DNA of 64,000 bases from Escherichia coli (GCF_001677475.2 NZ_CP015229.1), one strand, 5' to 3'; positions 47,809-58,445 are shown, counted from the stretch's first letter. The notes: a model not told the origin generated them from the letters alone. Numbers and translations: made by a program.

Positions 47809-48750
47809 ATGGCGATGAACGTATTGCAATCACCTTCACGTCCGGGTGTTGGGAAAATATCAGGTTTTTTCTGGCGGAATCCGGGGCTGGGGCTGTTTTT
47901 GCTGCTGCTTGGCCCGCTAATGTGGTTTGGCATTGTCTATTTCGGCTCGCTGCTGACACTGTTATGGCAGGGATTTTATACCTTTGACGATTTCACCATG
48001 TCGGTAACGCCGGAACTGACGCTGGCGAATATCCGTGCGCTGTTTAATCCGGCGAATTACGACATCATTCTCCGCACGCTGACTATGGCTGTGGCAGTCA
48101 CTATCGCCAGCGCCATTCTGGCTTTTCCAATGGCGTGGTATATGGCGCGCTATACCAGCGGGAAAATGAAAGCGTTTTTTTATATTGCGGTAATGTTGCC
48201 GATGTGGGCGAGCTACATTGTTAAAGCCTATGCCTGGACGTTATTGCTGGCAAAAGATGGCGTGGCTCAGTGGTTTTTACAACATCTTGGGCTGGAACCA
48301 CTGCTGACTGCGTTCCTTACATTACCTGCGGTGGGCGGCAATACGCTGTCAACTTCCGGGCTGGGGCGCTTTCTGGTGTTTCTCTATATCTGGCTGCCGT
48401 TCATGATCCTGCCCGTGCAGGCGGCGCTTGAGCGTTTGCCGCCGTCATTGTTGCAGGCGTCAGCTGATCTCGGCGCACGTCCACGACAAACCTTTCGCTA
48501 TGTGGTGCTGCCGCTGGCGATCCCGGGTATTGCCGCTGGCTCTATCTTTACCTTCTCACTCACACTGGGCGATTTTATCGTCCCGCAGCTGGTTGGCCCG
48601 CCAGGATATTTTATCGGCAATATGGTTTATTCCCAGCAGGGGGCGATTGGCAATATGCCGATGGCGGCGGCATTCACCCTGGTGCCGATTGTTCTCATCG
48701 CACTGTACCTGGCGTTCGTGAAACGTCTGGGAGCGTTCGATGCACTCTGA
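47809..48750 (+). CDS. ydcU: ABC transporter permease
   Basis: Track ORF, 313 aa; hydrophobic; starts immediately after ydcT stop. Confidence 0.85.
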   Translation: MAMNVLQSPSRPGVGKISGFFWRNPGLGLFLLLLGPLMWFGIVYFGSLLTLLWQGFYTFDDFTMSVTPELTLANIRALFNPANYDIILRTLTMAVAVTIASAILAFPMAWYMARYTSGKMKAFFYIAVMLPMWASYIVKAYAWTLLLAKDGVAQWFLQHLGLEPLLTAFLTLPAVGGNTLSTSGLGRFLVFLYIWLPFMILPVQAALERLPPSLLQASADLGARPRQTFRYVVLPLAIPGIAAGSIFTFSLTLGDFIVPQLVGPPGYFIGNMVYSQQGAIGNMPMAAAFTLVPIVLIALYLAFVKRLGAFDAL

Positions 48751-49534
48751 ACGCGCACCGTTTTTCCTCAAACTGGCGGCCTGGGGCGGCGTTGTTTTCC
48801 TACATTTTCCCATCCTGATAATCGCCGCCTATGCGTTTAACACTGAAGATGCGGCGTTTAGTTTTCCACCGCAGGGCCTGACGCTGCGCTGGTTTAGCGT
48901 GGCAGCACAGCGTAGTGATATTCTTGATGCCGTGACACTGTCACTTAAAGTGGCGGCGCTGGCGACATTAATGGCGCTGGTGTTAGGGACGCTGGCAGCT
49001 GCCGCGCTGTGGCGACGAGACTTTTTCGGCAAAAACGCCATTTCGCTGTTACTGCTGCTGCCCATTGCGCTGCCGGGCATTGTCACTGGTCTGGCGTTAT
49101 TAACCGCCTTTAAAACCATCAATCTGGAGCCGGGATTTTTCACCATCGTGGTCGGTCATGCGACTTTTTGTGTAGTTGTGGTGTTTAACAATGTCATCGC
49201 CCGTTTTCGCCGCACCTCGTGGAGTCTGGTTGAGGCGTCAATGGATCTTGGGGCCAATGGCTGGCAAACCTTCCGCTACGTAGTGTTGCCGAATCTTAGT
49301 TCGGCGTTACTGGCAGGAGGAATGCTGGCGTTTGCCTTGTCGTTCGATGAAATCATCGTTACGACTTTTACGGCAGGTCATGAACGAACGTTACCGTTGT
49401 GGTTGCTCAATCAGCTTGGGCGACCGCGTGATGTACCGGTAACCAACGTGGTGGCACTGCTGGTTATGTTGGTAACAACCTTGCCGATCCTGGGGGCCTG
49501 GTGGCTAACCCGCGAAGGCGACAATGGTCAATAA
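48740..49534 (+). CDS. ydcV: ABC transporter permease
   Basis: Track ORF, 264 aa; overlaps ydcU 3' end. Confidence 0.85.
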   Translation: MHSERAPFFLKLAAWGGVVFLHFPILIIAAYAFNTEDAAFSFPPQGLTLRWFSVAAQRSDILDAVTLSLKVAALATLMALVLGTLAAAALWRRDFFGKNAISLLLLLPIALPGIVTGLALLTAFKTINLEPGFFTIVVGHATFCVVVVFNNVIARFRRTSWSLVEASMDLGANGWQTFRYVVLPNLSSALLAGGMLAFALSFDEIIVTTFTAGHERTLPLWLLNQLGRPRDVPVTNVVALLVMLVTTLPILGAWWLTREGDNGQ

Positions 49535-49555
49535 CCACTGATACAGGAATATGCT

Positions 49556-50980
49556 ATGCAACATAAGTTACTGATTAACGGAGAACTGGTCAGCGGCGAA
49601 GGGGAAAAACAGCCTGTCTATAATCCGGCAACGGGGGACGTTTTACTGGAGATTGCCGAGGCATCCGCAGAGCAGGTCGATGCTGCTGTGCGCGCGGCAG
49701 ATGCAGCATTTGCCGAATGGGGGCAAACCACGCCGAAAGTGCGTGCGGAATGCCTGCTGAAACTGGCTGATGTTATCGAAGAAAATGGTCAGGTTTTTGC
49801 CGAACTGGAGTCCCGTAATTGTGGCAAACCGCTGCATAGTGCGTTCAATGATGAAATTCCGGCGATTGTCGATGTCTTTCGCTTTTTCGCCGGAGCAGCT
49901 CGCTGCCTGCATGGTCTGGCGGCAGGTGAATATCTTGAAGGTCATACTTCGATGATCCGTCGCGATCCGTTGGGGGTCGTGGCTTCTATCGCACCGTGGA
50001 ATTATCCGCTGATGATGGCTGCGTGGAAACTGGCTCCGGCGCTGGCGGCAGGGAACTGCGTAGTGCTCAAACCATCAGAAATTACCCCGCTGACCGCGTT
50101 GAAGTTGGCAGAGCTGGCGAAAGATATCTTCCCGGCAGGCGTGATTAACGTACTGTTTGGCAGAGGCAAAACGGTGGGAGATCCGCTGACCGGACATCCC
50201 AAAGTGCGGATGGTGTCGCTGACGGGCTCTATCGCCACTGGCGAGCACATCATCAGCCATACCGCGCCGTCCATAAAGCGTACTCATATGGAACTTGGAG
50301 GCAAAGCGCCAGTGATAGTTTTTGATGATGCGGATATTGAAGCGGTGGTCGAAGGTGTACGTACTTTTGGCTATTACAATGCCGGACAGGATTGTACAGC
50401 GGCTTGTCGGATCTATGCGCAAAAAGCCATTTACGATACGCTGGTGGAAAAACTTGGTGCTGCAGTGGCAACGTTAAAATCGGGTGCACCGGATGACGAG
50501 TCTACGGAGCTTGGACCTTTAAGCTCGCTGGCGCATCTCGAACGCGTCAGCAAAGCGGTAGAAGAGGCGAAAGCGACAGGGCACATCAAAGTGATCACTG
50601 GCGGTGAAAAGCGCAAGGGTAATGGCTATTACTATGCGCCGACGCTACTGGCTGGCGCATTACAGGACGATGCCATCGTGCAAAAAGAGGTATTTGGTCC
50701 GGTAGTGAGTGTTACCCTCTTCGACAACGAAGAACAGGTGGTGAACTGGGCAAATGACAGCCAGTACGGACTTGCATCCTCGGTATGGACGAAAGATGTG
50801 GGCAGGGCGCATCGCGTCAGCTCGCGGCTGCAATATGGTTGTACCTGGGTCAATACCCATTTCATGCTGGTAAGTGAAATGCCGCACGGTGGGCAGAAAC
50901 TTTCTGGTTACGGCAAGGATATGTCACTTTATGGGCTGGAGGATTACACCGTCGTCCGCCACGTCATGGTTAAACATTAA
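49556..50980 (+). CDS. patD: Gamma-aminobutyraldehyde dehydrogenase (ALDH family)
   Basis: Track ORF, 474 aa; ALDH motifs ELGGKAP and catalytic Cys region. Confidence 0.9.
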   Translation: MQHKLLINGELVSGEGEKQPVYNPATGDVLLEIAEASAEQVDAAVRAADAAFAEWGQTTPKVRAECLLKLADVIEENGQVFAELESRNCGKPLHSAFNDEIPAIVDVFRFFAGAARCLHGLAAGEYLEGHTSMIRRDPLGVVASIAPWNYPLMMAAWKLAPALAAGNCVVLKPSEITPLTALKLAELAKDIFPAGVINVLFGRGKTVGDPLTGHPKVRMVSLTGSIATGEHIISHTAPSIKRTHMELGGKAPVIVFDDADIEAVVEGVRTFGYYNAGQDCTAACRIYAQKAIYDTLVEKLGAAVATLKSGAPDDESTELGPLSSLAHLERVSKAVEEAKATGHIKVITGGEKRKGNGYYYAPTLLAGALQDDAIVQKEVFGPVVSVTLFDNEEQVVNWANDSQYGLASSVWTKDVGRAHRVSSRLQYGCTWVNTHFMLVSEMPHGGQKLSGYGKDMSLYGLEDYTVVRHVMVKH

Positions 50981-51019
50981 GGATAATATTGCAGATCGTA
51001 AGAGTATGAGAAGATCTTG

Positions 51020-51054
51020 CGTACTGTCAGAGAGTTGATTTCTCTGACAGTACG
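51020..51054. terminator. Large hairpin between convergent patD and yncL (14-bp perfect stem)
   Basis: CGTACTGTCAGAGA / TCTCTGACAGTACG with 7-nt loop. Confidence 0.5.
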
Positions 51055-51076
51055 TGTTGCGTGCAAAATCACTACA

Positions 51077-51172
51077 TCAAATAAACCAGCCAAATCTCAT
51101 AGAGATAAGAGTAAACAAACCAACAGCAGCAAAGACATTTATCAGTACTACAGTTCTACTGGAAACATTCAT
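51077..51172 (-). CDS. yncL: Small membrane protein YncL (31 aa)
   Basis: Not in ORF track; hand-translated minus strand MNVSSRTVVLINVFAAVGLFTLISMRFGWFI. Confidence 0.7.
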   Translation of the reverse strand: MNVSSRTVVLINVFAAVGLFTLISMRFGWFI

Positions 51173-51366
51173 TTTTGCCACCTTTTATCATTGCCCCTAT
51201 GTGTATAGTACGGGTTAAGAAAATCCGCAATAATACTCATTCTGAAGATGGATAAGGGCAAGTTGCTGTTTGATGATTTTTTCTCAAACCGGTTAAAAAA
51301 CTTGATGTACATCAAAAAATGACGCATATTTGCGCGCGTTTTATTCATCTGGCTGGACGCCCGTAC

Positions 51367-51540
51367 ATGTCTTTCTATCAACACATGCTTGTTTTTTATG
51401 CGGTTATGGCAGCAATCGCATTTCTTATCACCTGGTTTCTTTCTCACGATAAGAAACGCATCCGTTTCTTAAGCGCCTTTCTGGTGGGGGCAACATGGCC
51501 GATGAGTTTCCCGGTGGCGCTGTTGTTTTCACTGTTTTAA
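51367..51540 (+). CDS. ortT: Orphan membrane toxin OrtT (YdcX), 57 aa
   Basis: In-frame within track ORF 51319..51540; start at ATG 51367 (MSFYQHMLVFYAVMAAIAFLITWFL...). Confidence 0.8.
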   Translation: MSFYQHMLVFYAVMAAIAFLITWFLSHDKKRIRFLSAFLVGATWPMSFPVALLFSLF

Positions 51541-51625
51541 ATCTTATGCATTGGCTTGACGGCACCACGCAGACTTATATCATTTGGATGAATCGATAAA
51601 TTTCACAAGTGGCTAAGGAGAAAGT

Positions 51626-51859
51626 ATGTCGCATCTGGATGAAGTCATCGCGCGCGTGGATGCCGCGATTGAAGAGAGCGTCATTGCCCATATGAACGAA
51701 TTATTAATCGCCCTGAGCGATGACGCGGAGTTAAGTCGGGAAGATCGCTACACCCAGCAGCAGCGTTTGCGCACCGCTATTGCTCATCACGGTCGCAAGC
51801 ATAAAGAAGATATGGAAGCGCGCCACGAACAGTTAACCAAAGGCGGCACCATCCTCTGA
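51626..51859 (+). CDS. ydcY: Small protein YdcY
   Basis: Track ORF, 77 aa; matches remembered YdcY. Confidence 0.8.
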   Translation: MSHLDEVIARVDAAIEESVIAHMNELLIALSDDAELSREDRYTQQQRLRTAIAHHGRKHKEDMEARHEQLTKGGTIL

Positions 51860-52309
51860 TTAAAATGAGCGTCTGGCCACCAACCAGGCGCCAACCACAA
51901 GTAAAATTGCGCCACAAATTGGTCCGAACAACGCCCGTAGTGGTACGCCATGACTGCGGAAGATATCCAGAACCAGACCGCCAATCAGCTGGCTGGCGAC
52001 CAGTACTGCAATAGTTGTCGCCGCTCCCACATTCTGATATCCGCTGATACTAGCGAAGACAAAAAACGAACCCAGCAAGCCAGGTATAAGTGTCCACCAG
52101 CGCACGCTGGACACCAGTTCGCCAAACCCCGCCATGCCTTGTTTAAACCATAAAATAGAAACAAAGAGCACAATCCCCACCAGTGAGTTCAGCAACATGG
52201 CGATGAGAATGGTAGAGGAGGTCTGGGTGATGCGCACCATAAGCGTGTTCTGGATTACCAGACCAATTCCGGCGGCAATCAAAAAAGCAAGGGTGAGCGA
52301 CTGATTCAT
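51860..52309 (-). CDS. ydcZ: DMT-superfamily inner-membrane protein YdcZ
   Basis: Track ORF, 149 aa; hydrophobic. Confidence 0.85.
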   Translation of the reverse strand: MNQSLTLAFLIAAGIGLVIQNTLMVRITQTSSTILIAMLLNSLVGIVLFVSILWFKQGMAGFGELVSSVRWWTLIPGLLGSFFVFASISGYQNVGAATTIAVLVASQLIGGLVLDIFRSHGVPLRALFGPICGAILLVVGAWLVARRSF

Positions 52310-52824
52310 CCAATCGTGTCCGGTTCAGTGCGCTCGTCGAGTTGCAACTGCATAAATGTCAGATCCAGCCAACGACCAAATTTAGTGCCTACCTGCGGCA
52401 TTTGTGCGGTGACGACAAATCCCAGCGACTGGTGCAGATGCAGCGAGGCCTGATTTTGCGATTCGATCCCGGCGATCATGACATGCTTCCCGCAATCTCG
52501 CGCTTCATCAATCAATCGGCTTAACAATTTACGCCCCAGGCCTTTGCCCTGATGATCGGGATGGACATAAACCGAATGCTCCACGGTATGGCGAAAACCA
52601 TCGAAACTACGCCAGTCGCCAAATGAGGCATATCCCGTCACTACGCCATCTTCTTCACTTACCAGCACCGGATAACCTGCTATGGTCCGCGCTTCAAACC
52701 AGGCAATGCGGTTATCTGCATCCACCGTTTGGTCATTCCAGATAGCCGCCGTATACAACACGGCGTGGTTATAAATTTCCGCAATGGCAGCACAGTCGGC
52801 TTTGCGGGCAAAACGGATGGACAT
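52306..52824 (-). CDS. mnaT: L-amino acid N-acyltransferase (GNAT), 172 aa
   Basis: Start at ATG 52824 (MSIRFARKADCAAIAEIYNH) inside track ORF 52306..53058; 4-bp overlap with ydcZ. Confidence 0.85.
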   Translation of the reverse strand: MSIRFARKADCAAIAEIYNHAVLYTAAIWNDQTVDADNRIAWFEARTIAGYPVLVSEEDGVVTGYASFGDWRSFDGFRHTVEHSVYVHPDHQGKGLGRKLLSRLIDEARDCGKHVMIAGIESQNQASLHLHQSLGFVVTAQMPQVGTKFGRWLDLTFMQLQLDERTEPDTIG

Positions 52825-53004
52825 GTCTGGCCTCAATAAAATAATGATGATGATGTTATCAATACTATCGAAAACAGCCCGAAGCAACGGATTCCTCGAT
52901 GAAATTATTGCGTGTTGCAGAGGGGATGTGACGGCTACAAACAAAACCAATCCCGTGAGCCTGCTACTATTGATGGATTCATGCCAAAAGCACAGGAGAG
53001 CATT

Positions 53005-54042
53005 ATGGGGCAACAAAAGCAGCGTAATCGACGTTGGGTTCTGGCCTCGCGTCCACATGGCGCACCGGTTCCGGAGAATTTCCGTCTTGAAGAAGATGAT
53101 GTCGCCACACCGGGTGAAGGACAGGTGTTACTGCGCACAGTTTATTTGTCCCTGGACCCGTATATGCGTGGACGTATGAGCGATGAGCCATCTTATTCAC
53201 CGCCGGTTGATATTGGCGGCGTGATGGTCGGCGGTACGGTGAGCCGTGTCGTGGAGTCGAATCATCCTGATTATCAGCCTGGCGACTGGGTGCTGGGCTA
53301 CAGTGGATGGCAGGACTATGACATATCCAGTGGTGATGATCTGATGAAACTTGGCGATCATCCGCAAAATCCATCGTGGTCGCTGGGTGTGCTGGGGATG
53401 CCAGGCTTTACCGCTTATATGGGGCTGCTGGATATCGGTCAACCTAAAGAGGGCGAAACATTGGTGGTTGCTGCGGCAACCGGCCCAGTGGGAGCAACGG
53501 TGGGGCAAATCGGCAAACTTAAAGGTTGCAGGGTGGTGGGTGTTGCCGGTGGCGCGGAAAAATGCCGCCATGCTACCGAGGTGTTAGGCTTTGATGTTTG
53601 TCTTGACCATCACGCGGATGATTTTGCCGAACAACTGGCGAAAGCGTGCCCAAAAGGTATTGATATCTATTATGAAAACGTGGGCGGTAAGGTATTCGAT
53701 GCGGTGCTACCGTTACTTAATACATCTGCGCGCATTCCCGTTTGTGGCTTAGTGAGCAGCTATAACGCTACAGAGCTACCACCCGGTCCGGATCGATTAC
53801 CTTTGTTGATGGCTACGGTGCTGAAAAAACGTATTCGCTTGCAAGGATTTATTATCGCTCAGGATTATGGTCACCGCATCCATGAGTTTCAGAAGGAGAT
53901 GGGGCAATGGGTGAAAGAGGATAAAATCCACTACCGCGAAGAAATTACTGACGGTTTAGAGAATGCGCCACAGACGTTTATCGGCCTTCTGAAGGGTAAA
54001 AACTTCGGCAAAGTGGTGATCCGCGTGGCGGATGATGATTAA
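53005..54042 (+). CDS. curA: NADPH-dependent curcumin/dihydrocurcumin reductase (MDR family)
   Basis: Start at ATG 53005 (MGQQKQRNRRWVLASRPHG) inside track ORF 52912..54042; 345 aa. Confidence 0.85.
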   Translation: MGQQKQRNRRWVLASRPHGAPVPENFRLEEDDVATPGEGQVLLRTVYLSLDPYMRGRMSDEPSYSPPVDIGGVMVGGTVSRVVESNHPDYQPGDWVLGYSGWQDYDISSGDDLMKLGDHPQNPSWSLGVLGMPGFTAYMGLLDIGQPKEGETLVVAAATGPVGATVGQIGKLKGCRVVGVAGGAEKCRHATEVLGFDVCLDHHADDFAEQLAKACPKGIDIYYENVGGKVFDAVLPLLNTSARIPVCGLVSSYNATELPPGPDRLPLLMATVLKKRIRLQGFIIAQDYGHRIHEFQKEMGQWVKEDKIHYREEITDGLENAPQTFIGLLKGKNFGKVVIRVADDD

Positions 54043-54048
54043 AGTTTC

Positions 54049-54068
54049 AACGGCGGCGTAAGCCGCCA
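54049..54068 (+). terminator. Candidate terminator after curA
   Basis: Stem GGCGGC/GCCGCC with loop GTAA, then A/T-rich tract. Confidence 0.45.
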
Positions 54069-54239
54069 TAAAAATCCAGGCAAAAAGCTTATTTTCAGCT
54101 TTAATTAACTAACCACGTCATTGTTCTGCTGCTAATAACAACAAAGGTGAGTGGTTTATGATTATTCACTTTAATACACCAGGTGAACTCCTTCTGCCAT
54201 GCAGGCAGGGTTGGGCAGAAAACACGCGAAGGAATTAAA

Positions 54240-54905
54240 ATGCCTGGAACGGGAAAAATGAAACATGTCAGTTTGACTCTGCAGGTTGAGAACGACCTGA
54301 AACATCAGCTTAGTATTGGCGCATTAAAACCTGGCGCACGCCTGATTACTAAAAATCTGGCGGAGCAATTAGGTATGAGTATTACACCTGTGCGTGAAGC
54401 ATTATTACGTCTGGTTTCGGTGAATGCGCTTTCTGTCGCACCAGCGCAAGCATTTACAGTTCCGGAAGTGGGAAAACGTCAATTAGACGAAATCAATCGG
54501 ATCCGCTATGAACTGGAATTAATGGCAGTTACTCTGGCTGTTGAACACCTCACCCCGCAAGACCTGGCGGAACTCCAGGTATTACTCGAGAAATTACAGC
54601 AGGCGCAAGAAAAGGGCGACATGGAACAAATCATTAATGCGAACAGGCTATTTCGCTTAGCGATTTATCATCGCTCAAATATGCCCATCCTGTGTGAGAT
54701 GATTGAGCAACTGTGGGTCAGGATGGGACCTGGTTTACATTATCTTTATGAAGCGATTAATCCAGCGGAATTACGGGAGCGTATAGAAAACTATCATCTA
54801 TTACTCGCCGCGTTAAAAGCAAAAGACAAAGAGGGATGCAGGCATTGTCTTGCTGAAATTATGCAACAAAATATTGCTATTTTATACCAGCAATACAATC
54901 GTTAA
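54240..54905 (+). CDS. mcbR: GntR-family transcriptional regulator McbR (YncC)
   Basis: Start at ATG 54240 (MPGTGKMKHVSL...) inside track ORF 54183..54905; 221 aa. Confidence 0.85.
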   Translation: MPGTGKMKHVSLTLQVENDLKHQLSIGALKPGARLITKNLAEQLGMSITPVREALLRLVSVNALSVAPAQAFTVPEVGKRQLDEINRIRYELELMAVTLAVEHLTPQDLAELQVLLEKLQQAQEKGDMEQIINANRLFRLAIYHRSNMPILCEMIEQLWVRMGPGLHYLYEAINPAELRERIENYHLLLAALKAKDKEGCRHCLAEIMQQNIAILYQQYNR

Positions 54906-54912
54906 ATTAAAT

Positions 54913-54930
54913 GCCCGGCAAATACCGGGC
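54913..54930. terminator. Hairpin between convergent mcbR and yncD
   Basis: Stem GCCCGG/CCGGGC with loop CAAATA. Confidence 0.45.
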
Positions 54931-54940
54931 ATCAAGGTAA

Positions 54941-57031
54941 TTACTCAAATCGCCACGCAATATTCATGCCGACACCATAATTTCGTCCGGGCGCAGGTTC
55001 GTAATATCGCCCGTTTGACTCATTGACAATGACAGAACCAACGTATTCTTTATCGAATAAATTATCGACACGACCAAATAAATCCACGGTTAAATTGTGG
55101 TAATTGTATTTATACCCGGTGAATAAGCCGACGAGAGTATAAGACGGCGCTTTTGCCGTATTTTCATCATCTGCCATAATATCGCCCATATAACGCGCTT
55201 CCGTGCCTGCATACCAGCCATCTTCCGGTACATAACCTATCGACGCAAAGCCCATATTACGGGCGATCCCTGGCATCCGATTACCGTTACAATCCTGTTC
55301 GTTGCAAACATTGCTGCGATAGGTCGCATCAAGCCAGGTCCAGGACGCGTTTACGCGAAAATCTCCCGCGAAACGTTGATCCCATGCCAGTTCAGCGCCT
55401 TGACGACGGGTCTTTCCGGCATTTTTGTAAGTCGTACGCCCACCGCTACTGCTATCGACAACAATTTCATCATCGGTGTCGGTCTGGAACAATGCGAGAC
55501 TAAGCAGCCCATCACCAATACGCGTTTTACTGCCGATCTCAATTGTATCGTTGGTGGATGGTTTTAAACCAAAGTTCATACCGCTTTGCCCATCAGCGCG
55601 ATAAGACAGTTCATTAATCGTCGGCGTTTCAAAACCTCGCCCGGCTGCCAGATAGATATTCCAGGCATCGGTCATTGCATATTTTAACGAACCGGCAGGT
55701 AGCCATTTATGATAACTGTCATCGCCGTTACCCGGAGTAACGTAATGGTCGTTGGAATCAAACCACACGGAGCTGTAGCGCACGCCAGCATCCAGCGACA
55801 GTTTTTCGCTCAGCTGCCACTGCGTCTGTAAATAGGGATCGACGTTCCACATCAGATTGCGTTCGTCGCGACGCAACTCACCTTTTTGCCCGTATTCCGG
55901 CACGCCGCTATTCAGGCGGAAGTTATTGTAGCCCTTGCGGTTTTCACTCATGTTTTCGTAGTTCAGGCCGGTAGTGAACGTGACCGGAACGCCCAGTTCA
56001 CCACGGTGTGTCCAGCGGCTGTCTATTCCCTGGTAATGGCGTTGCAGGGTAATCACGCCGCCCGCATGTGACGGGTTAAGTTGTGGTGCCATGGGTATTG
56101 ACTGGTACTGGGTCGTTTCTCGCTCTCCGGCATACATCATCACACTCATATCATCCCGCGAACTCAGGCTACGTTCATAGCGCAACCCAGCCTGAGTTTG
56201 CTTGATGGTTTTTCGCGTGTCGTACTGTTCTGCACGAGGCGCTTGTTGTGGATTCGCCTTCCATTCTGCTTTTGTTAGACCACCTGGGTCATCTGCTTTG
56301 ATATCCACACTATTGAAAATCAGGCTTAATTTGCTGGCTTCATCAATGCGCACGCCCAGTTTGGCATTGGCTAAATTTTTCTGTGCGCCACTATGGTTAC
56401 GATAACCGTGGGTCGTAAAACGCGTGGTTGAGACGGTGTAATCGACATCGCCAGGCTGTGTGCCGTCGCCCGTTACACCCGTTGCTTTCAGCCCATAGCG
56501 CCAGCTGCCAAAACTGCCGTAGTAACTACTGGCTTCAATAGTTGGTGGCAGTTGTCCGGTCTGGGTGGTGACATTCATTACCCCACCAGACGCGTTGCCA
56601 TACAGGGCAGAGAAGGGGCCACGCAGCACTTCCACATTTTGCACACTGCTTAAATCGATGTTGGATGTTTGCCCTTGCCCGTCGGGCATGGTGGCGGGAA
56701 TACCGTCCACATACAGGCGAATACCGCGAATTCCGTAAGTGGAACGGGAGCCAAATCCGCGAATCGACAGCTGTAAATCTTGCGCATAGTTCTGCCGGTT
56801 TTGTACCTGCAAACCAGGCACGCCGGTCAGTGATTCGGACAAGTTAATGCGCGGTGTTGCCAGGCGCATCTCCTTGCCATCCACCACGCTCACGGCTGCA
56901 GGGGTATCCAGTTCTGAAACCACCTGCGGCGCGGCACTGACAATCATGGTCTGTTCATCAGCGGCAAAAACAACGGGGGAAAGAACAAGCAGTGCGGGCA
57001 AAACGGTCTGTCGAACGAAAACAATCTTCAT
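54941..57031 (-). CDS. yncD: TonB-dependent outer-membrane receptor YncD
   Basis: Track ORF, 696 aa; signal peptide; C-terminal aromatic residue (…AWRFE). Confidence 0.9.
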   Translation of the reverse strand: MKIVFVRQTVLPALLVLSPVVFAADEQTMIVSAAPQVVSELDTPAAVSVVDGKEMRLATPRINLSESLTGVPGLQVQNRQNYAQDLQLSIRGFGSRSTYGIRGIRLYVDGIPATMPDGQGQTSNIDLSSVQNVEVLRGPFSALYGNASGGVMNVTTQTGQLPPTIEASSYYGSFGSWRYGLKATGVTGDGTQPGDVDYTVSTTRFTTHGYRNHSGAQKNLANAKLGVRIDEASKLSLIFNSVDIKADDPGGLTKAEWKANPQQAPRAEQYDTRKTIKQTQAGLRYERSLSSRDDMSVMMYAGERETTQYQSIPMAPQLNPSHAGGVITLQRHYQGIDSRWTHRGELGVPVTFTTGLNYENMSENRKGYNNFRLNSGVPEYGQKGELRRDERNLMWNVDPYLQTQWQLSEKLSLDAGVRYSSVWFDSNDHYVTPGNGDDSYHKWLPAGSLKYAMTDAWNIYLAAGRGFETPTINELSYRADGQSGMNFGLKPSTNDTIEIGSKTRIGDGLLSLALFQTDTDDEIVVDSSSGGRTTYKNAGKTRRQGAELAWDQRFAGDFRVNASWTWLDATYRSNVCNEQDCNGNRMPGIARNMGFASIGYVPEDGWYAGTEARYMGDIMADDENTAKAPSYTLVGLFTGYKYNYHNLTVDLFGRVDNLFDKEYVGSVIVNESNGRYYEPAPGRNYGVGMNIAWRFE

Positions 57032-57170
57032 GAAAAAAGCCAGGTTAAGAATGGGAAAACACCGTCATGGTAATAAAATTGTAAATTTATGGAAAACGAA
57101 ACGGCACGATACGTTAAGTAATTGAGAAAATTGTAGTCGTAACGGCAAGAAATGCTCCACATTTGAGAAA

Positions 57171-57185
57171 ATAATGATTACCATT
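57171..57185. promoter_or_regulatory. Candidate Fur box in the yncD/yncE divergent promoter region
   Basis: ATAATGATTACCATT resembles the Fur consensus core ATAATGATAATCATT; about 90 bp upstream of yncE. Confidence 0.4.
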
Positions 57186-57271
57186 CCCATTTATAACAAG
57201 AGCGTAACGATGATTACGCTTAGCGAAGCATTGTGAAGCAGCAAAAATATCGGTCATCAAAGGGAGTCGTC

Positions 57272-58333
57272 ATGCATTTACGTCATCTGTTTTCATCGCG
57301 CCTGCGTGGTTCATTACTGTTAGGTTCATTGCTTGTTGCTTCATCATTCAGTACGCAGGCCGCAGAAGAAATGCTGCGTAAAGCGGTAGGTAAAGGTGCC
57401 TACGAAATGGCTTATAGCCAGCAAGAAAACGCGCTGTGGCTCGCCACTTCGCAAAGCCGCAAACTGGATAAAGGCGGCGTGGTTTATCGTCTTGATCCGG
57501 TTACTCTGGAAGTGACCCAGGCGATCCATAACGATCTCAAGCCGTTTGGTGCCACCATCAATAACACGACTCAGACGTTGTGGTTTGGTAACACCGTAAA
57601 CAGCGCGGTCACGGCGATAGATGCCAAAACTGGCGAGGTGAAAGGCCGTCTGGTGCTGGATGATCGTAAGCGCACGGAAGAGGTGCGCCCGCTGCAACCG
57701 CGTGAGCTGGTGGCAGACGATGCCACGAACACCGTTTACATCAGTGGTATTGGTAAAGAGAGCGTGATTTGGGTCGTTGATGGCGAGAATATCAAACTGA
57801 AAACCGCCATCCAGAATACCGGTAAAATGAGTACCGGTCTGGCGCTGGATAGCAAAGGCAAACGTCTTTACACCACTAACGCTGACGGCGAATTGATTAC
57901 CATCGACAGCGCCGACAATAAAATCCTCAGCCGTAAAAAGCTGCTGGATGACGGCAAAGAGCACTTCTTTATCAACATCAGCCTTGATACGGCCAATCAG
58001 CGTGCATTTATCACCGATTCTAAAGCGGCAGAAGTGTTAGTGGTCGATACCCGTAATGGCAATATTCTGGCGAAGGTTGCGGCACCGGAATCACTGGCTG
58101 TGCTGTTTAACCCAGCACGTAATGAAGCCTACGTAACGCATCGTCAGGCAGGTAAAGTCAGTGTGATTGACGCGAAAAGCTATAAAGTGGTGAAAACGTT
58201 CGATACGCCGACTCATCCGAACAGCCTGGCGCTGTCTGCCGATGGTAAAACGCTGTATGTCAGTGTGAAACAAAAATCCACTAAACAGCAGGAAGCAACC
58301 CAGCCGGATGATGTGATTCGTATTACGCTGTAA
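57272..58333 (+). CDS. yncE: Periplasmic beta-propeller protein YncE
   Basis: Start at ATG 57272 (MHLRHLFSSRLRGSLLLGSL...) inside track ORF 57233..58333; 353 aa; signal peptide. Confidence 0.85.
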   Translation: MHLRHLFSSRLRGSLLLGSLLVASSFSTQAAEEMLRKAVGKGAYEMAYSQQENALWLATSQSRKLDKGGVVYRLDPVTLEVTQAIHNDLKPFGATINNTTQTLWFGNTVNSAVTAIDAKTGEVKGRLVLDDRKRTEEVRPLQPRELVADDATNTVYISGIGKESVIWVVDGENIKLKTAIQNTGKMSTGLALDSKGKRLYTTNADGELITIDSADNKILSRKKLLDDGKEHFFINISLDTANQRAFITDSKAAEVLVVDTRNGNILAKVAAPESLAVLFNPARNEAYVTHRQAGKVSVIDAKSYKVVKTFDTPTHPNSLALSADGKTLYVSVKQKSTKQQEATQPDDVIRITL

Positions 58334-58413
58334 TAGATATGGCGAGGGTGAAAACTGAGAGACGTGCCTGACTTTTATCACGCCGTATCCGGCACCTTCG
58401 TCAGTAATTTGAA

Positions 58414-58441
58414 TTTGCCCGGCACGTAGCCGGGCAATTTT
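58414..58441. terminator. Bidirectional terminator between convergent yncE and ansP
   Basis: Stem TTGCCCGGC/GCCGGGCAA, then TTTT. Confidence 0.65.
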
Positions 58442-58445
58442 GCAA

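Noticed and set aside
51017-51208. 63-aa plus-strand ORF
   Set aside because: Spans the intergenic hairpin and lies antisense to yncL; low-complexity hydrophilic product.
58360-58400. Possible degenerate REP element after yncE
   Set aside because: Only one arm (GCCGGATACGGCGTG) resembles REP; the adjacent terminator hairpin accounts for the structure.
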